From Vicugna vicugna (taxonomy: Eukaryota), in NCBI GenBank assembly GCA_013265495.1, contig MU058000.1:992001-1056000 (forward strand): DNA of 64,000 nucleotides. Direction: 5' to 3'. Below the pieces are notes generated by a model. The model was not told the DNA's origin and ran no database searches. It worked only from the letters and a program-made list of their open reading frames with translations. The position numbers and the translations under genes were made by a program. Shown piece after piece: positions 12,704-26,429 of this stretch (positions within the stretch are counted from its first letter, which is position 1; each line of letters starts with the position of its first letter).

Positions 12704-13375
12704 ACTGTATATAGGTAGCATAGTTAATTAAACCAGTAATCTGTTGAGGGAAATTTAGGTTGTTTGAGTTTTGTTTGTTTTGCTATTACGAGCAATGCAG
12801 CATTGTACATCTTTATAAGTATATATTTATACATTTATCTAAATTTATCTGTAGGATTAAGAACACGCTAAGTCAAAGATTATGTTTATCTGTATCTTCA
12901 CCCACTTTATTCCTCCTGTTCCCCTACTACACCCATATGATAATATTGTAAAGACAACCCCAGACTTGGTATCTTTTCATCTGTAAACACTTTAGTATGT
13001 ATCTCTACGAGTTAATGGAATTTCTCTTTTAACACGAGCTCTTTTCTTGGATAAAATAGTGTATGTCATTCACACTGTTCTACAACATGCACTTTTCTTT
13101 TAACATATCTGTGAGAACACTGCATAGCAGTAGATAAAGATTTCTTCATTCCTTATTACAGTTGCATAGTATTCCATTTGTGGATGTACCTTGTATTATT
13201 AAACCAGTCTCCTATTAAGGACATTTGAATTGTTCAGTCTTTTTAATTTAAATAATAGTCGTACATACAAATTATTTAATAATTTTGCCACAGTGTGATT
13301 GGGATAGATGTTTAGAATTGGAATTGCTGGTTGAAAGGGTGTATCAGTAAGAACATTTTTGTCAAGGGGGAAACT
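12704..13375 (-). mobile_element. Old LINE-1 3' fragments (L1ME-like)
   Basis: gcatagtattccatttgtggatgtacc...ggacatttgaattgttc...tggaattgctggttgaaagggt. Confidence 0.7.
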
Positions 13376-13459
13376 GAAATTAATATACACGTAGTTTGAG
13401 TTTAGTGGGATGTATTTATGGTTTCCCTCATTTTGTGCATAGTTATATTACTGCCAGCT

Positions 13460-14040
13460 ATCCGAGTGCAGGAATGCCTTCCAGGAGGATCCCTCGTACA
13501 TAATGTGCCAACTCACCTGTATCGTGACATCAGGTTTCAGGATCCAGTCACAACAGGGATGTCAGTGACAAATTAGTTAATATTAACAAATGTCATAAAT
13601 CCAAAGTACTTATGACTAGTCACTGTAAAAAAGGTGAGGTGATAAGAAACTTTTCTAAACTAACCATAGTTAAAACACAAATTTTGATCAACCATATTAT
13701 TTTTTCTGAGTTATTTTTTCTCATTTTAGGAAGAAGCTTTTCTTTTTCTTTCTTTCATTTTTTTTTAACAAAATTATTATTATATCAAGAGATAAAGAGT
13801 GTGCTGGCAAAAAAGATGTAGTAAAAATTTTTATAGATGTGTGTCAGGCCAGTAAATTGTGCATTTTTTTGGATTTTGTGATACTTGATGAATTTGTTAG
13901 CTTTTCCACATTTGTGACTTTTCACTTCTCTTTAAATTTTAAATAAATATTTATTTCTAACTTAATATTCATTATTTTATATTCTTGCCTTAAATATGGC
14001 TCCCCAAACTGTATAGGCTTCCGGCCACCGAAAACTGCTA
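13460..14040 (+). mobile_element. hAT DNA transposon remnant (MER69B/Arthur-like)
   Basis: End ccccaaactgtataggcttccggccaccgaaaact resembles the MER69 terminus; internally AT-rich. Confidence 0.45.
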
Positions 14041-14699
14041 TTTCGTTAGTTGTTGGAGTGATGTATCTGGTGACTTTCAGTAATGAACCAGGCAGTTACT
14101 GGTTGAGTTCTGGCAGGAAGTATATGTACTCCTTTCTTAGGAGGCTTTGCAAGATATGGCACTAGGTTAGTGTGTATAGTCCTCTGTGGTCATATTTTCC
14201 TGAAGAAGATTATACCCTGAGACAGCTAGCAGTAAATACTTGGGAAAAACAACCCAGCCTACATAGTTGCACTCTATTTGCCTCCTACACGGAAATGCAT
14301 TTACCCTTTCCCAAAATAAGTCACCAGAAAAGTCCTATTCAATCACAGCACTAGCTCGATGTCCAGGATTTTGTGTTACCATGTTTCATCAGCTCCAGAT
14401 GTTATTCTTGACTAGGAAAATTATAAACAAGAGCAAAATCAAACAAAAACCAAACAAAACAATCCCAAACCACCACCAAAAAAGATGATTTCTCGATGCC
14501 CCACTCCCTTAGCATATTTTCATGGAGTAGGAACAGGGTAATTTCAATAAACATTCTCCTCTGGAAAGAACAAATGGGTGGCACACAGCAGTCACTGGTC
14601 CCTACCAGTTCTAAAATATTGCTGGGTATATGTTTTGAGGATGCCTACCCTGGGGGCAGGAATGCCCCTTGTGTCTTCTGTCTCTCCCTTTCCCTTTTT

Positions 14700-16450
14700 T
14701 TTCTTCTTGACCAGTCATTCTAAACATTTATCAATCTTTGAACTTGTAAAAGAAGCAGCTTTTGGATTCATTGATTTTTCTCTATTTTTGGGGTCCATTT
14801 CTATTTCATTAGTTTCCACTCTTCATTAGTTCCATACTTTGCTTAATTTGCTCTTCTTGTCATTTCCTATGTTTGAAGTTTGGATCATTTGTTTTAGACC
14901 ACTTATCTAATAGAAGCATTTCAAGCTATACATTTTCCTCTAAGAACTATTTTAGCTGCATTCCTGAAATTTCGATATACTATGTTTTTATTTTCGTTCC
15001 ATTCTAAGTAATTTCTAATTTCCATGTGATTTCTTTTTCTTTTTTCCTTCTTTTATTATTAGTATTTTTTTACTAAAGTATAGTTGATTCACAATATTAT
15101 ATATGTACAGTTTCAGATGTACATTAAAGTGATTCAATATTTTTATAGATTACACTGCATTTAATGTTATTACAAAATGATGATTATATTTCTCTGTACT
15201 GTACAGTATATCTCTGTTGCTTATTTATTTTATATACAGTAGTTTGTGTCTCTTAATCCCTTGTCCCTATCTTGCCCCTCCCCCTTCTTTCTCCCCACTT
15301 AGAACCACTTGTTTGTTCTCTATATCTATGAGTCTGTTTCTGTTTTGTTTTATACATTTGTTTTATTTTTTAGCTTCTACATATTTGGATTCCAAATATT
15401 TGGGGATTTTTTTCAGAGACGTTTCTGTTACTGAATTCTATTTAAGTTCTATTGGGGCCAGGTAACCTACTCTAAGTGCTTTCAGTTCTCCAGTTTATTT
15501 GAGACTTGGCCCAAAATAGAGTCTTTCATGGTAACTATCCCTTCCTTGTGCATTTGAGAAGAATATGTATTTTTCTTTTCTTGAGTTGAGCTTCTACAAA
15601 TGGCAATTAGGCTAAGTTGGTTCATAGTGTTGTTAAAATCATCTGTATACCTACTGATTTTTTTTTTCTGGTCTTCTTTTATGAGTTATAGAAAGGATTA
15701 CTGATCCAGTATAATTATTTGTCTATATCTCTTTTCAGTTCTCTAAATTTTTTTCCCATATGTTTGGAAACTCTGTTACTAGGGCGATTAAAAATGTGAG
15801 AATTTAGGATTCTTACGTTTTCTTTTGATAATTATAAAGTGTTCCTCTTTATCCCTGGTATATTGCTTGTTCTGGCGTTTTCTTTGTCTGGTATTAATAT
15901 AGACACGCCAGCTTCTTTTTATTAGTGCTTGCATGGCATGTTTTTCCTCCTTTTGCCCTCCAGCTATCTATGTGTTTATATTTCAAGTGGATATCTTGTA
16001 TACATATATACCTGGGCTTTGAATTTTTTAGACCACTTATTAATATGGTTGGGCCTAAATCTAACATCTTGCTCTATGTTTTCTATTTGTCCCACTGTTT
16101 TCTGTCCCATTTGTCCTCTTTTCCTGTCTTTGATGGATTAACTGAATGTTTTCTGTGCTTCCATTTTATCTCCACTGTTGGCTTTTTGTGTATTCTTCTT
16201 TGTTTTAGTTTTTAGTGATTGCTCTAGGATTTACAAAATACATCTTTGACTCATTATAATCTAATCTACCTTCAAGTAATATTATGGCAGTTTCTGTACA
16301 AAATCTTAAAGCACTACACTTCTGTTTTTTCCTTTCTTTGTGTACCACTGTCTTATATTTTACTTCTACCTGTGTTATAAACCCTACAATTTATTACCAC
16401 TGTTTTTGCTTTAAACACCCAAATATATTTGAAAGAGTTTTGAAATGAGG
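14700..16450 (-). mobile_element. Old LINE-1 internal (ORF2 region) remnant
   Basis: T-rich antisense L1M motifs (agctttggattcattgattttttctcta; ttagctgcattcc; tctttgtctggtattaatatag; gcttgcatggcatgtttttcct); no intact ORF. Confidence 0.8.
15045..15382 (-). mobile_element. Younger LINE-1 3' end nested in old L1
   Basis: aagtatagttgattcacaata...tctatgagtctgtttctgttttg...ttagcttctacatat; same 3' UTR type as 2160-2428. Confidence 0.85.
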
Positions 16451-17845
16451 GAAAAATGTCTTTTTTACAACAGTGGAGGAGTTTTTTTGTTTGACATTTT
16501 AATTGCATTGTCCATTTTTTTGTTTTTGTATTTTAAAGGGATTAAAAAATTCAGCCATTCTTCCATCTTGCCCTCTATCCCGGAGTCATTTTTTAACCTA
16601 ATCGTATGTGCAGCCCGTGTAGCCTCTTAGGGGTGATGGGGTAATATGATGTACTTGTTGTTTGAAGTAGTATTTCCTTGTATTTTCCCTCAAATGGTGA
16701 TGTTTAAAAATGTGTGTAATCTGGGACAAAATGACTCTTCTAAGCTTAGATACCAATTTGTAAAATGAGAATTTGGAGGACAGTCTGTTGCCAAAGCTAC
16801 TTTAGTCATACCACGAACCTTGCTTAGTATTCAGTCTTTATGATACATTCTCATTTGGAAGTGTTGGCCAACTGCGTGGGCTTTTATTTACTATAATATA
16901 CAAATTCCTCTCTTATCCAGAGGTCACTACTCTGGCAACCTCATCTACTTGGAACACTAGAGAAAATAAGGAAAACAAATAGTTTCTAAACGGCTAAACC
17001 AGATGCATCAAAGTCATTAAAAATAAATGTCATGTACTTTACTTAAAGGAGAGCCCCTGACTCAAAATGTGCTTGCTTTCATTAAAAAAAGTAATTTTAA
17101 CCAGCTTAGCTAATTGGTTTCCTTGCCTTCAACAAGGAAGAGAGAGGGGAAGTAGGGGTGGTAGGGAGAGAAATGAGGAAGAAGCTCACACGCTGTGTAG
17201 GATAAGACATAAAAACTGATGTTTGTGTATTTCTTTACATTGGAATCTCCTTTAGTGCAGTTAATGGTGTCCTATTTGTCTTTGTGTTCTCCGCGCTGTG
17301 CCTGACACATGACATTCAGTAAGCACTGTCTAAACAAACAAACAAAATAGATGTGACTAAGAGGCTGAGGGACATAGAAGAACCCCATGATGTTGAAAGA
17401 ATTAAAAAGGGTAGCGCTTACAGGCTACTCAGATTGTGCAGAGAGTTCTTCCTACTCCACTGCGCTGGACATTGAGAACATTGCTATTTAGGAAAAACAG
17501 GAGCTAGCATGAAGCAGGCGCTCGTGGTGGTTATCAGTGATGTGTGATTCAGGAAAGGTTACATTTTAGAACCCACCCAAGTATTTACTGCCTTGAAAAA
17601 TGATTTCTATTAAAACTCTCCTCCTCCCTCCCCTCCCCCCAACAAAATCTCCATTTCCATCTTTGGCTCTCTACCTAACAGTTTTACCTCTTCACATTTA
17701 AAAAATTCATTTATTCACCAAATGGCTTATTACCTGATAATGCTGCTAACATGACACATTTCTATAACATAAAGTAGATGTTAGAAGTAATTGTTTGTTC
17801 AACAGATTTGTGGAGGAAAAAAAATGCTCATCGTGATATATACAT

Positions 17846-18019
17846 ACCCATACCTTAAATTCTTTTTTTTTAGAATGAAAATTGTTATAGCATGTAAAGT
17901 TGCAAATCTGCAAAGCAGGTGTGAAAGATGAACTAATCTGACTGCTGTATCCCTCTGTTGCTTTTTGTTTCCTGTTGCAGATACATGCTTCCCTTTTCTT
18001 AACCCATACCTTAAATTCT
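17846..18019 (-). other. TSD-flanked ~138-bp insert with poly(A) remnant (candidate retrocopy)
   Basis: Exact 18-bp direct repeats acccataccttaaattct at 17846-17863 and 18002-18019; T9 run at 17863-17871. Confidence 0.55.
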
Positions 18020-18157
18020 AAAAAATGCTGTTTACCTTTAGTAAATGTGCACAATTTGTAAAGATGAACAGATATTTCTGCTCTTTTCACAATGATCTGT
18101 TCATTCAGTTTGTCCTCGATATGCTATTCTCATCAAGACTTTTATACTGCAAAGTGC

Positions 18158-18187
<30 letters not shown>
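18158..18187. repeat. (TAA)10 microsatellite
   Basis: Directly visible. Confidence 0.95.
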
Positions 18188-18189
<2 letters not shown>

Positions 18190-18465
18190 GCAGGTGGCAC
18201 TCCCTGAGTGGTGATGTGTATGTGTGTGCGTGCACATGCCCCAGGAACTCTGCAAAAAGCTTTCACGGATTATTATTTAATTCTCACCACATGTAAGAAA
18301 ATAATTAAGTAAAACAAATGGTTTCTAAATGGCTAAACTAGATGCCATGGGGAATTGAGGCTTGCAGAGGTGAGTTTACAAAGTCCAAATTTACAAATCC
18401 AGTGAATGGCAGAGCTGAGACCTAAGTCTCTGTGGTCTGACTCCAAAATCTGTGCTAGGCTTCCT
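18188..18465 (-). mobile_element. MIR fragments
   Basis: ggattattatttaattctcac...ggggaattgaggcttgcagaggtgag...gaatggcagagctgagac...tctgactccaaa. Confidence 0.65.
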
Positions 18466-21400
18466 CCTTCTCCCATCATCTCTGGAAATAAAGTAGTAAA
18501 CAGTAGGACAATATCCATTTTTATCACACTGAACAAAATACAGCTTTACTTTGCTGTATTCAGTCATGACAACAATGGCAGAGCTCAATTAAACAAACCC
18601 TTAATTTGAGTAATTTGATATTTGTCAGTACTTCTCTCTCTGTATGTCTCTGTCTCTGTCTCCGTCTCTCCCCACCTCCAGCCACCTCCGTTTTTCTCTT
18701 GGATCTGATTGATGTATGTAACTAGATCAGATAATTCACGAAGCATTATCTTCTATCTTGTCCCTCTCCAGTTTGCTGGTTCTTCTGAATAATTTGGGTC
18801 ATTTCATTATTTCCGGATTTCCCTTTTTTTTGGGGGGGGGTGCCTTGGTCATAGTTTGTATTTCTCTTCTCACTGAGCTGAATTTTGATCATACCAGAAT
18901 ATCTTTCTTTCCATCTAGATAACATTCTTGAAACACAGTTTTGAAACTCTTTTCGTTCAAAGCGCCCCCCCCCCAAAGCCATGTTGATTGTCATGGTTCT
19001 TGTGTGGCAACTGACAGGAAGATACTCAGTTTAATTTTCTTGGTGTCCAGATAGGGAACAAAATATACCACCAATTTCTTTTCTAAAACAAAGCAAACCA
19101 ATATGTACACATGCCAGAGGGTCCAGGGACACAGGGATGCTTTGTATATGACTTTAATAAAAACATGTTTTTCTTTTAAAATCTGCCTGGAGCGAGGTGG
19201 GAATCGGGGAGTTGAGGAAGAGCAAAAGATGGCTGCATAGGGGACAGAAGAAAAATGAGGAGAGCAAGACTGAGAGCGGCTGATAAGATAAAATGCATTT
19301 AGGCTGTCTATCAGATGTCAGAAGCCATGCCCTGCTGTTCTGAAATTGCCTTTTTATGTTGCCTTTCTCAAAGGTGAGCTCAGAGTGCAACCTCCAGTGT
19401 TCTTTTGGGAAAGAGCAAAACAAGAATAAATACAGTAGTCACAGCCTATGCCCGTGATTCCTTCCTCTTCTCAGTTTATCAAGATTATTGACATAGACTC
19501 TTTAGACGAAAAGAGGAGTAACTGTTTATTTTCTGACCGTATGGCTACTCTCTGCTCCTTCCCTCTGTGGCTTCTTGCTAGCCTGGTCTTCTCCTGAGGC
19601 TATGCATTTTGAGTATCATTAAGAATGTCAGTATCTGCTCTCCAGTCCCTGCCTTGACCTTAATAGTTATGTCTGAGAAATTATTTTCTTGCTTGCTTTG
19701 TTTGGCTGAAGTAACACCAGGCATTCTTTGAGCTTATTAATTTTGTCCCTCCCATGCTTGATAAGGACATTTTACAGGGCAATCGTGACTCAAAGTGAGG
19801 GATGGAATATGAAGTTAGAACTCCATTTTTTTTTTAAAGCAGTTAATCAGAGGGTGAGCAATCTGAAGTTGTTCCCTGACTGAAATTTTCACATATGATT
19901 GCTTTCCTACTTGGCTCCATTGTCACCTGCCTCTGGGTGCCTCTAACAGCTCAGTAATGGCGGCACCTGGGTTGTGGTAATGGTCACGGTCCTGTTTTGA
20001 TGGTTTGCTTTATGGTTTTTCCCAGACTCAAACAGCCTGAGTAAAGGTACAGTCTGAGGAAGCTAAATGCTCTATGTTATCGAGAAATATTTGAGATCTA
20101 AATGCCTGTGAACTCCAGGTCTTAACCCTCTCACCTCCTTAAGGCTTCCCTTGTGGTCTTAACTTGACCCAGAAGGGCCCTTAACATCTGCAGTCTCCTT
20201 TGCTTATTGATCTGAAGGGAGGGTGACCTTGATAGAAAAGTTCTGGTCTTTAGCAAGCAGGGTGGGTATTTAGATGAAATCGCAGGCTCTCAGCTCTAAT
20301 TTTATTCGGGGATCAGGCTGGCAGGCAGATCTATTCATTCCCCTGCTCATGACTTGACATTAAATCCTGCACCAGGAGGACTGCAACTCCCAGTGGAAAA
20401 GGGGAATGAGTGATGAATGAACCTTTTACTAGATGTAAGAATGTGCCCAATACAGGATTTCTCCTTTATTTTTCTAAAGCCTTTCTGCATTTTTCAGTCT
20501 ACTTCTCTGAGCTAACCCAGGCAAAGAGAAAGATGATTAAGTCTCAGAAGAGGCATGAAATGGCCTGAAGCGACAGAGGAAAAAGTTTAGGGTGGACATT
20601 TTGAAAGATGAAGAGTAAGAGCGATTAGGCAGCGGAATAGAAGTCCCATCGCTGCGGAGAGCTGAGGAAAGGTGAGATATTAACATTAATGAGGTAGAGC
20701 AAAGCCCTGGAGAATAAAGGAGGCTTGACTGAAAGGGGGAGGGTGGGGAAAGTCATAACAACCAGATAACAATGAATGCTTTCCTTCCTGCCTCCCATGT
20801 TGCAGTTTTCACAGGACAATTTTTTGAGAGACAGTAAAACATCTAGCTGGCAAGCCTAGGTTACTTTAAACTATGAAGATGATTCTTCATTTATTCAATA
20901 CATACATTTTTCTGCTCCTACTACATGCCAGGCACGGAGGCTCCAAGATTTCAACTATGTCAAGGCAGAAATGATACACTCTCGTGGGGAAGGAAGACAG
21001 AGCAATCAGAGGTATGGGCTAGTGGCTCGCGGTGGAAGAGAGAGGAGGAGGATTGAGGAATGATTCTAGAAAGTCACTGTGTCTGGGAAAAGGCTAGCTT
21101 CTCCCTTCCTGCTGGGAGGCACTGCACCCAAACACAGCTTCTTACGGGGCTGGGGTCCCCACCCTCCAGCAGCCGGCTTGCCAGGTGCTGGCAGCTGGTA
21201 CTCTGACAGTTCTTTGCAGGCTGGTACTCTCTCCCTCCACCTACTGCCTGGGACTTACTTCCTGTCTTTGTGTTTTTCCACCAGTGAGGTTGCTTTCCTG
21301 CTTGTACTATAAGAAGGCAGAACAGCAGGAGGGCAGCGTCCCGCATCCCTCCCAGGACAGAAACTTTGTGTCCACAAGCTTCTCCTTTGCCCCTGCAGGC

Positions 21401-22405
21401 TCTCTGAGGGATGACTAATGTGGGACAGTAGACTTTTTTTGGATGAGCCTCAGTTTGCAAGTTTTCCCAATAGAGTCCACCCCTTAACTTTTGCTGTGTG
21501 ATTGGGCATTTGCCTTCTCCCTCCTTTGCCATAGCTCCACAACTGCTTAGTTGATTTGAACAGCTGATACGTGTTGTGTCCAGCGCACCTTTTAGAAAAA
21601 AGTGAGTTGAAGGTCTTTATGTGGATGGTGCATGTGCTGCTGTGGTCTCAGATCCCCACTGCCTCCCTCATCTGTGCTATTGCCTGGACCTCTGGCCGCA
21701 CTTGAAATTGACTTACTTGTGAGTGCAAGTGTGATGTGTTACATAAGGGACGCACAGGGGACCATGGGAGCAAGTAAGACAGGGTCTAACCTGTGGGGCT
21801 TCAGAGGAAATGGCAGTGAGGCTAAGACATGAAGGGTGAGAAGGAGTTAACTAGATGAAGAGGTGGATAGAGATGGGGCAGGCCCAGGAAGTCTTTCAGG
21901 TAGAGGGGCCCAGGGAGGAGGGCCTAAAAAGAAAAACTTGATATCGTAGAGGACTGGAGAATTCACCATGCCTGGAGCGATAAGCCCATAGGACCTGCAG
22001 TTTGAAGAGTTTTTATTGGATTGGTGATGAATTGCTCCAAAGTCTTACACTTTCTTTCCTGCTTCCCCCTGTGCTCAACATTTAGGGGATCTGGGACTGG
22101 AGTTAAGGGCAGAATCTGTGTTTCTTCTCCATTTTTCCTTTTTTAAGGTCAATTCTCCTCTCTACCTTTGAAATCCATTTAAAAATTACTAAATAACTTG
22201 AAAAAAAAATCCATGAACTGCCATGTCATTTCATTTTATTTTCTTTATATTTTTTCCTCTTTAATCCCTCCTTGCCTTTCTTTTTCTTTCTTAAGAAGGA
22301 CTTAGGTATAAAAACGAGCAAAATAATTCATTGCCTTTAATTTTAGTTCCAGTGGTTTGGGAATCTGAGGTACAGCCTGGTCCCTAGAGAAACCCTAATA
22401 CCTAT

Positions 22406-23119
22406 CATTGGAAAATAAGACCTGCAAGGACAAATATGAGTGAAAAATAAGAGACTCAGTTCTCTCTGTTGAAAACAAAGGAAGCGCTTTTCCTCCTGTC
22501 CCTTTTGTCAGGACATTGACCTTGGAAAATTCATAAATGTAAGTATGTTCTCTGTCTCTTTGAAATGCATCCTTTTTAGAAACAGTAAGACTTTGTCAGC
22601 TTTGTGACCCAGGATTGTCTCTCTCAAGGACCTGGGGGCCTTCTCTTTGAAACATAAACATCAAAGGAGATGTCACCCTCCCTCCCAGTTTCTCGGGGAG
22701 GATGGGACTAACTTCAGTGGGTGCCTTGTAACAAGTTGTAAAACTCCCTCCTGCCATCAATATCCCTAACTCCTCCCTCTTGGATAAAGTCACGTGGCCA
22801 ACAGAGATGGTCACCCCAACAACCGGGTGTAGTTAGGGTGAATTATGTGTGACAAATGGTGGTGTCCAGCCCTCTTAGTGAGGATTAGTTATGGTTTATC
22901 TTGAGCACATGTAATGGGCTGTGTCTGCTTGGCTCTATAAAAGGATGGATTTCTTTCTGTCTTTGCAAACTCTCCCTGGATTGCTTGTGGTGAGCATCGC
23001 ATTCTGGTTAATGCTTTTTCAATAATAAAAGTGTTTTTTTTTCCTACTATCTTTATGGAGAGGATTTCTGGGTTGGGAGAAGATTTTGTTGTTGTTGTTT
23101 TACTTCTATTTCCCCAGCA
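22406..23119 (+). mobile_element. ERV1-class solo LTR (MER34/MER89 group-like)
   Basis: TATA (ctctataaaagg ~22934), poly(A) signal aataataaaa ~23021, terminus tatttccccagca; ctctcaaggacctggg motif. Confidence 0.75.
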
Positions 23120-24556
23120 GACCTTAAAGAGGATAACATTTCATTTGTCCTCTCCCAGAGCCATGCATTGGCCTTTCAGGAGAACCCAGTACTTTGGGAA
23201 ATGGAAACTGTCATCCTTTAGCTCCCCGTTGCTGTGCCTGATACCAGTTCTCTTTGGCAGATGAAATGTCAGCCCTTTCAGATTTTCCCAGGTGGACCAA
23301 CACTGTTTGCTTTCAGAAGTTCTCAGCGAGGCTTTCATTTTAAATTCATAAAAGTTATCAGCCAACTTCCAACAATTGTTTAATAAAAAGCAATTAGCCA
23401 GCCAAAAATATAATGGCTTTTATGTCAAAATATACTGGAGACAGCTGCTAAGCGGACCACTGGCAGCCCCTGGGCCATATGCCGTGAGTCCCAGGCATAT
23501 GCACAGCCAGGCGCAGCAGCACAGAGCATATTGGGAGTAATAAGGCCGTCCCTCACCTTCCTCCCTCTCCCCCCAACCCAGTCTCCCCACTCGAGAGAAA
23601 CTGACAGCAGGAAACTCTCTGGAGTAAATTGCCGCAGTCAAGATTCAAAAACCTCATTTATTAGGCAAGGATCTAATCTGGCAGTAGATGTAGAAAGCCC
23701 TAGTTCCCTAGCCTGGTTTGGATAAAATCCATGCAACCCTTATTGCATTGCAGAAAAACGATAAAAAAAAAAAAAGCCTCCACATAACAACTCATTCAAC
23801 AGCACTCATCAAGAAAATTGAACTCAGTCTATAGCCCTTTAATCTATCAGTTTGCTTCTTCCAATCTGATATTGATAGGGAAAAAGTTTCTAGAGTTTCC
23901 TCTTCCTTGTGAAGGTAATTTTGTCCTCCCCGGTGTTCTCTGACGCAGTTACGTTTATTGCCCTGCTTTGCTCCTCAGGAGATGTTCCGGTGATTGAGAT
24001 ATTGGTGATGGCCCCACTATGTCTTTTGTTGTCATTAGACACACAAATCCAGATACGTGCTTACTTTAATCATAGGGCGTGGAGAAAAAGGAAACTCCCT
24101 TGAAATTTTTCAACAGCAAGAAAGGCCATTTTTTAAATCAAAAGCATGTTTATTTTAAGAACAAAATGCAGGCAGATCACCTTTAGTTTATAGAGAGCTT
24201 TCCCATCCCAGAGGACGCCATGGTTTGTAAACACTCTGAAACGGTTTTTAGAGCATTCACATTGCCTATCTCCTTAAGGACAGATCCTGGAGGCTGCTCT
24301 GTATCCTTGCTTTCTGGCCATTTTGAAGTGCCAGCAAAACCTTGTTCTATAGCTAAGAAAAAGTGTAATGTTCTTGAGGATAATGGGAATTTCTCCCCCA
24401 CCCCACCCCCAAACATCAAACAGCATAGTGTGCGCAGCAGAGTTCCAGAATAATCCCTGGAGTTACTCTAGGAATCTCCAGAGAGTCTCCAAACTTCATT
24501 CTTCAATCCTCTCTCTTCCTCCAAGAAAATTTTCAGCAGAGCTGCCATCAGTAGTT

Positions 24557-25091
24557 TGTTAGGGGTCTCCCAAGAACACCCACAGTTTCGATAACTTGCT
24601 GGGGGGACTCACAGGACTCAGAACAGAGTGGACATGGCTAAGATTTATTACAGCGAGAAGATACAAAACAAAATGAGCAAAGGGAAAAGGCATGTGGAGC
24701 CAAGTCTGGAGGAAACCAGGCTCAAGCCTCTCCCAGCGCAGTCATACAAGGATGCTCTTCATTTTCCCAGCCACCAGCTGTGAAAATGTATGTGAAATGT
24801 TATTTCACAAGAAAGCTTATTAGAGACTTAATATCCAGGTTTTTAGGTTGTGGACTAATCATGTAGGTACCCTCTGCCTGACATGTTAAAATTTCAGACT
24901 CCCAGAATAAAAAGCAGGTGCTCAGAATAATCTGTATTGTCTGTGCAAATAGTTTAGGCACAGTGAGCCATTCTTATCAGTTCTGGAAATAATGGAAACA
25001 CTTCCAAAACCCCAGTTCCCAGATGTCAGCCAAGGGCCAAGCTAGCGGCCTCACATACATGCAGTCGGCTATGTTAACTCTTCTCTGTGCA
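24557..25091 (-). mobile_element. ERVL-class solo LTR (MER77/MER21-like)
   Basis: tgttaggggtctcccaagaacaccc...ggactcacaggactcag...ggctaagatttattacagcg...ctatgttaactcttctctgtgca. Confidence 0.8.
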
Positions 25092-26429
25092 AGTAGCATA
25101 TCGACCGATCATTCCACCCCTTCTTTCCTACCTCATCCCCTGCAGGCGTGGGGGCTATGAGTCACCTTGTTGGTGTTCCTGGGAAAGGGGTAGAAGAGGG
25201 GCAGAAAGGTTGGTGAGAAGTCAAAGGCAAAGCTTGGACTTTCAAGGTAGGTTCAGGGTAGTGAGGATTCTAAGAGAGGTAGCCTGGTGAAGCTCAAAAA
25301 GCAGGAATTTTAGAATTGGACAGACAGGTTCAAATCTTGCTTGATATTTCTGTAGAACTTAGAAACCTTTCTTGTCTCTGCTCTTACAGATAATCCACAA
25401 GATTATCTGTAGTTTGGTAGGAAGTAAGATAATACATTTCAGGGGAAAGATCAGAGTAGACCTATGGGGCTGCCAGTCAGTAGGTGAGTCTGAAATGAAA
25501 TTAATATTTTTGAATGTAGACCCAATGTTCTGTCTTTAAGTTGGGATTCTCATTCTTTTTTTTTTTTATTTTTATGATTACTTCTGAGTACTTAATATCC
25601 ACATGCCTGAGCGTGCTATGAGTAATACAAGGGTGCTGGTGATCAGGTCTGTGCTCTCCAGATGTTTATAGTCTAATGTGGGGCCTAACAGGGGACGAGA
25701 GAGATTCTAAATGAGGCTGCAAACGAATTCCTGAAATTACAGACATTTGAACTCTAGAATTACAAAGGATAGAGCAAAGTAAGATATAGAGAAGATGCTT
25801 GCCAGGCACACCAGCTTCTTCTAGTAACTCACTATTAATGTGTCACCTATGAAGTTAACTCCTCTTGTTAGACTTATTTTTTCCAAATGTTGTTATAGTT
25901 TCGGATTATGTTACCTCCTGAGTCAGCATATTCAACAAACTAGCACTCCTGGGGAAGGAGAATCTGCTTTGCTTGCCTGATGTGTTTGTTCACTCAAAAG
26001 CACTGAGCTTGATTTTTCCCTCTCCACTTTTCTATGTTGAACACTTGCTGTCTTAGGCTCTTGGCTTATCAACAGATACAAAGTTACCTTTCTCCTTAAC
26101 TGTTTCTAGGCTTTATTCAGGTCCACCATTGTTCATGAAGCATGAAAACCAGAACAGCAAACACGTTCAGGCTCTCTGTGGCTTTGCAGAACGCTCTGTT
26201 AATTTCACGGGGGAGTCTCAACACTGGACCTTTGTTTTTAGGACTGCCGGACTTCTCTCTCAAGCACCTGGCCAGTTGTCCTGGCTTTTCAGGTCTCAGC
26301 TGCAATCCGTGGCCTCCCATTCAAATATACAGGCCTATGCAGCTTGAGTTTTGTGTTCTCATTGTATAAAAGGCTTTTGATTGATCTGCTCTGTATTTTA
26401 CAATCATCTGAGAATAGAGGCCAGATCAC

